Assembly (NCBI RefSeq): GCF_001194135.2
Contig: NC_068999.1
Location: 30,552,351-30,603,802, forward strand
DNA length: 51,452 nt
Direction: 5' to 3'
Source: Octopus bimaculoides
Lineage: Eukaryota
Shown here: one piece after another, positions 48,690-51,452 of the stretch
Layout of the letters: every line of letters starts with the position of its first letter
Position numbering within the stretch: the stretch's first letter is position 1
Position numbers and translations under genes: made by a program
The notes under the pieces: model-generated
The model's database searches: none
What the model was told of the DNA's origin: nothing
The model's input: the letters and a program-made list of their open reading frames with translations, nothing else

Positions 48690-48983
48690 CATCATCATCA
48701 TCATCATCATTTAACGTCCGCTTTCCATGCTAGCATGGGTTGGACGTTTTGACTGAGGACTGGTGAAACCGGATGGCAACACCAGGCTCCAATCTAATTT
48801 GGCAGAGTTTCTACAGCTGGATGCCCTTCCTAACGCCAACCACTCAGAGAGTGTAGTAGGTGCTTTTATGTGTCACCCGCACGAAGGCCAGTCAGGCGGT
48901 ACTGGCAACGGCCACGCTCAAAATAGTGTCTTTTATGTGCCACCCGCACAAGAGCCAGTCCAGGGGCACTGGCAACGATCTCG
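48690..48983 (-). mobile_element. Young RTE 3' end, runs into a gap
   Basis: (CAT)n, ttaacgtccgctttccatgctagcatgggttggacg, gctggatgcccttcctaacgccaacc; CpGs retained. Confidence 0.92.
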
Positions 48984-49349
48984 NNNNNNNNNNNNNNNNN
49001 NNNNNNNNNNNNNNNNNNNNNNNNNNNNNNNNNNNNNNNNNNNNNNNNNNNNNNNNNNNNNNNNNNNNNNNNNNNNNNNNNNNNNNNNNNNNNNNNNNNN
49101 NNNNNNNNNNNNNNNNNNNNNNNNNNNNNNNNNNNNNNNNNNNNNNNNNNNNNNNNNNNNNNNNNNNNNNNNNNNNNNNNNNNNNNNNNNNNNNNNNNNN
49201 NNNNNNNNNNNNNNNNNNNNNNNNNNNNNNNNNNNNNNNNNNNNNNNNNNNNNNNNNNNNAAGATATATATGGAAAAGATATATATGGAAAAAAAGATAT
49301 ATATGGAAAAAAAAAACAAAGTAGAAAATGCTAAAATACTTTTATAAAG

Positions 49350-49400
49350 AACATTACAGAACTGGTTTTGATCCTTGAGATCTTTTCAACAGTAAATATG
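49350..49400 (-). ncRNA. Strongly degenerate hammerhead-like motif
   Basis: CUGUUGA-aaa-GAUC-ucaag-GAUC-AAAA-CCAGUU. Two CpG-to-CpA reversions would restore GAAA and palindromic ACCGGU; helix I is poor. Confidence 0.3.
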
Positions 49401-49593
49401 AATAATAAATTTTTGAAAAATTATTAATAAATTAAATTTTGGTAAATTTAGAAGAAAAGTCTTTTTAAAGACATATTTGTATAGTATTGAAATAACAGGG
49501 GCATTTGTCTTGTTTCTGCCTGTCTCTGTTTCACTTGTTAACAAGTGAAACAGAGACAGGCATGAACTGGAGAGGCGAAGAAGTGCGTTTCTG

Positions 49594-50612
49594 TCCGCCA
49601 CTATCCTCCACGAAAAAATTTAATTTGTGTTCGTGGGAAGAGCCACTTTAACGATGCTTCCTGCCCTAACTCTTTGAAACACCGGTGTTTTAATGGTGGC
49701 AGCTGATGAAGGATATGCTCTCTATGTGGCCTGCTTGTTTTTGTATCTTGTTTATCATTTTGTCCATGTTCTTTTGCAACGTCATATACCCAGATATGTA
49801 TCTATATGTACATGTAGATGAAGATATGTACATACATGTACATATATATGCATACACTCATATATTGTTTGTATCACACGATCGAACGCACACGTTATCT
49901 TCACACAGTATGTTTTGAACTATTTTTCTAACGCAACTCTCTCTATCTCTATATCTATCTCCCCCTCTCATTCTTCCCTCTACTGTTCTTCGCCTCTCCC
50001 TGTCACTACTATCGCTCTCTCGTTGCTCGTCCTTTGCCTATCACCCTCACTACTACTATCTCTCTCTCTTTCTCTCTCTACCTCTCATTGCTCACTTATA
50101 TTCTACTTCCTCCTCTTCTTCTCCCTCTGCTACTCTTTCTCCTTACCCCTTGCTTGTCATGTGTGTCCGGTTGCTATTTCTTTTCGGTCTTGGACTCCCC
50201 AAGCTTTGTACGCATTTTTTCGCCTCTCCTGTTTGTGCTTCACAGCGTTCAATACACACACACTTCTCCACGTCTGGCTGTACAACCTTTTTGTTTGTTT
50301 ATTTCACCGTTTCGTTTTCCTGTCTTGTTTTCCATCCGCCACTATCCTCCACGAAAAAATTTAATTTGTGTTCGTGGGAAGAGCCATTTTAACGATGCGT
50401 CCTGCCCTAACTCTTTGAAACGCTGGTGTTTTAATGGTGGCAGCTGATGAAGGATATGTTCTCTATGTGGCCTGCTTGTTTTTTGTACCTTGTTTATCAT
50501 TTTGTCCATGTTCTTTTGCAACGTCATGTACCCAGATACGTATCTATATGTACATGTAGATGAAGGTATGTACATACATGTACATATATATGCATATACT
50601 CATATATTGTTT
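49594..50612. repeat. Pair of about 277-bp direct repeats (49594-49870, 50335-50612) flanking a CT-rich spacer
   Basis: Near-identical by eye, offset 741 bp. Confidence 0.95.
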
Positions 50613-50624
50613 ATATATATATAT

Positions 50625-50721
<97 letters not shown>

Positions 50722-51452
50722 GGAACAAAAATGCAATTGAGAACATTAAAACATTCAGATAGATAGTCGATACAAAGGGGGACAAAAGGACAGGCAAAGA
50801 CGGGTAATTCTTGGCTTTCTTTCATCAATCAAGTCCCAGATGTCACGACCATTTCGGGCAGTTACACTTGTGACAGTTTGATCTGGTTGCCCCCCAAAGG
50901 TCTAAGCTAAGCGCAATAAACCCCTTTGTAAGAAAGGTAGCGAATGTGTATGGCAACAAAGACAAAAATAAAAAACAAACAAACAAAAAAACAGAGAACA
51001 TGACACACAATTACGAATACAAACAACAAGAAATAACAACAGGTGTTTTTCGACTGAGAATGGATCAAAATTGAGCTGGCGTGTATGAAGTGAAAGCCTA
51101 AAGGCAAGAATATATGAGATGAACATAAGAGGTGTTAGTGGTTGACAGTCAGGCCAAGAAAGAAAGATCATGGCTGGCCAGACACTGGTCATGTGGAAGG
51201 AGGAGAGATGGGTAGGGGGCAGCAGGATTGAAGGATTAGAAAAAATCAGAGACAAAGAGAAAGGTACAAGGGGAGATAAACGAGTGGGAAATAGTGGGCG
51301 TTAAAGAAAGAGAGGTCCAGGAAATGAGAGTGAGAAAAGGAAGAAAATAAGAGGGAGAATAAAAGATAGAATAAGAATCGTACAAAATTTAGATACATGC
51401 CTACTATAAGGTGAGCACAAGGGTGTACATACACTGCTATATATATATATAT

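Noticed and set aside
49261-49315. Short array of aagatatatatggaaa units, superficially CRISPR-like
   Set aside because: No unique spacers, eukaryotic context, directly at a gap edge; a minisatellite or assembly stutter.
50830-50900. Further hammerhead-like motif on the minus strand (CAGAUCA...GAAAUGGUC)
   Set aside because: Two core mismatches and poorly paired helices; indistinguishable from chance.

Overview
AT-rich, microsatellite-dense eukaryotic draft sequence with six N gaps. The SINE, RTE-tail and microsatellite repertoire looks like a coleoid cephalopod (Octopus-like); this is pattern recognition, not a database result. No intact host gene or intact transposase/pol ORF can be supported. 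The window is a nested graveyard of mobile elements: an interrupted piggyBac transposase relic, three mariner copies, a near full-length RTE LINE plus many RTE 3' ends, an RTE/BovB-type LINE ending in three C2H2 fingers, a HERO-like fragment, four Ty3/Gypsy relics, two Helitron-like ends, a hAT/Buster fragment and at least three tRNA-SINE families. Features the ORF track does not show include minimal type I hammerhead-ribozyme folds with palindromic helix III in short, mostly microsatellite-adjacent elements (best at 32632-32668 and 12241-12288, minus strand). The non-canonical core CUGUUGA recurs in two unrelated elements. There is also a pseudo-LTR-like direct repeat beside a perfect 46-bp palindrome, and a possible antisense ORF between Gypsy integrase and the 3' LTR. 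TE boundaries are approximate and were set by manual translation.
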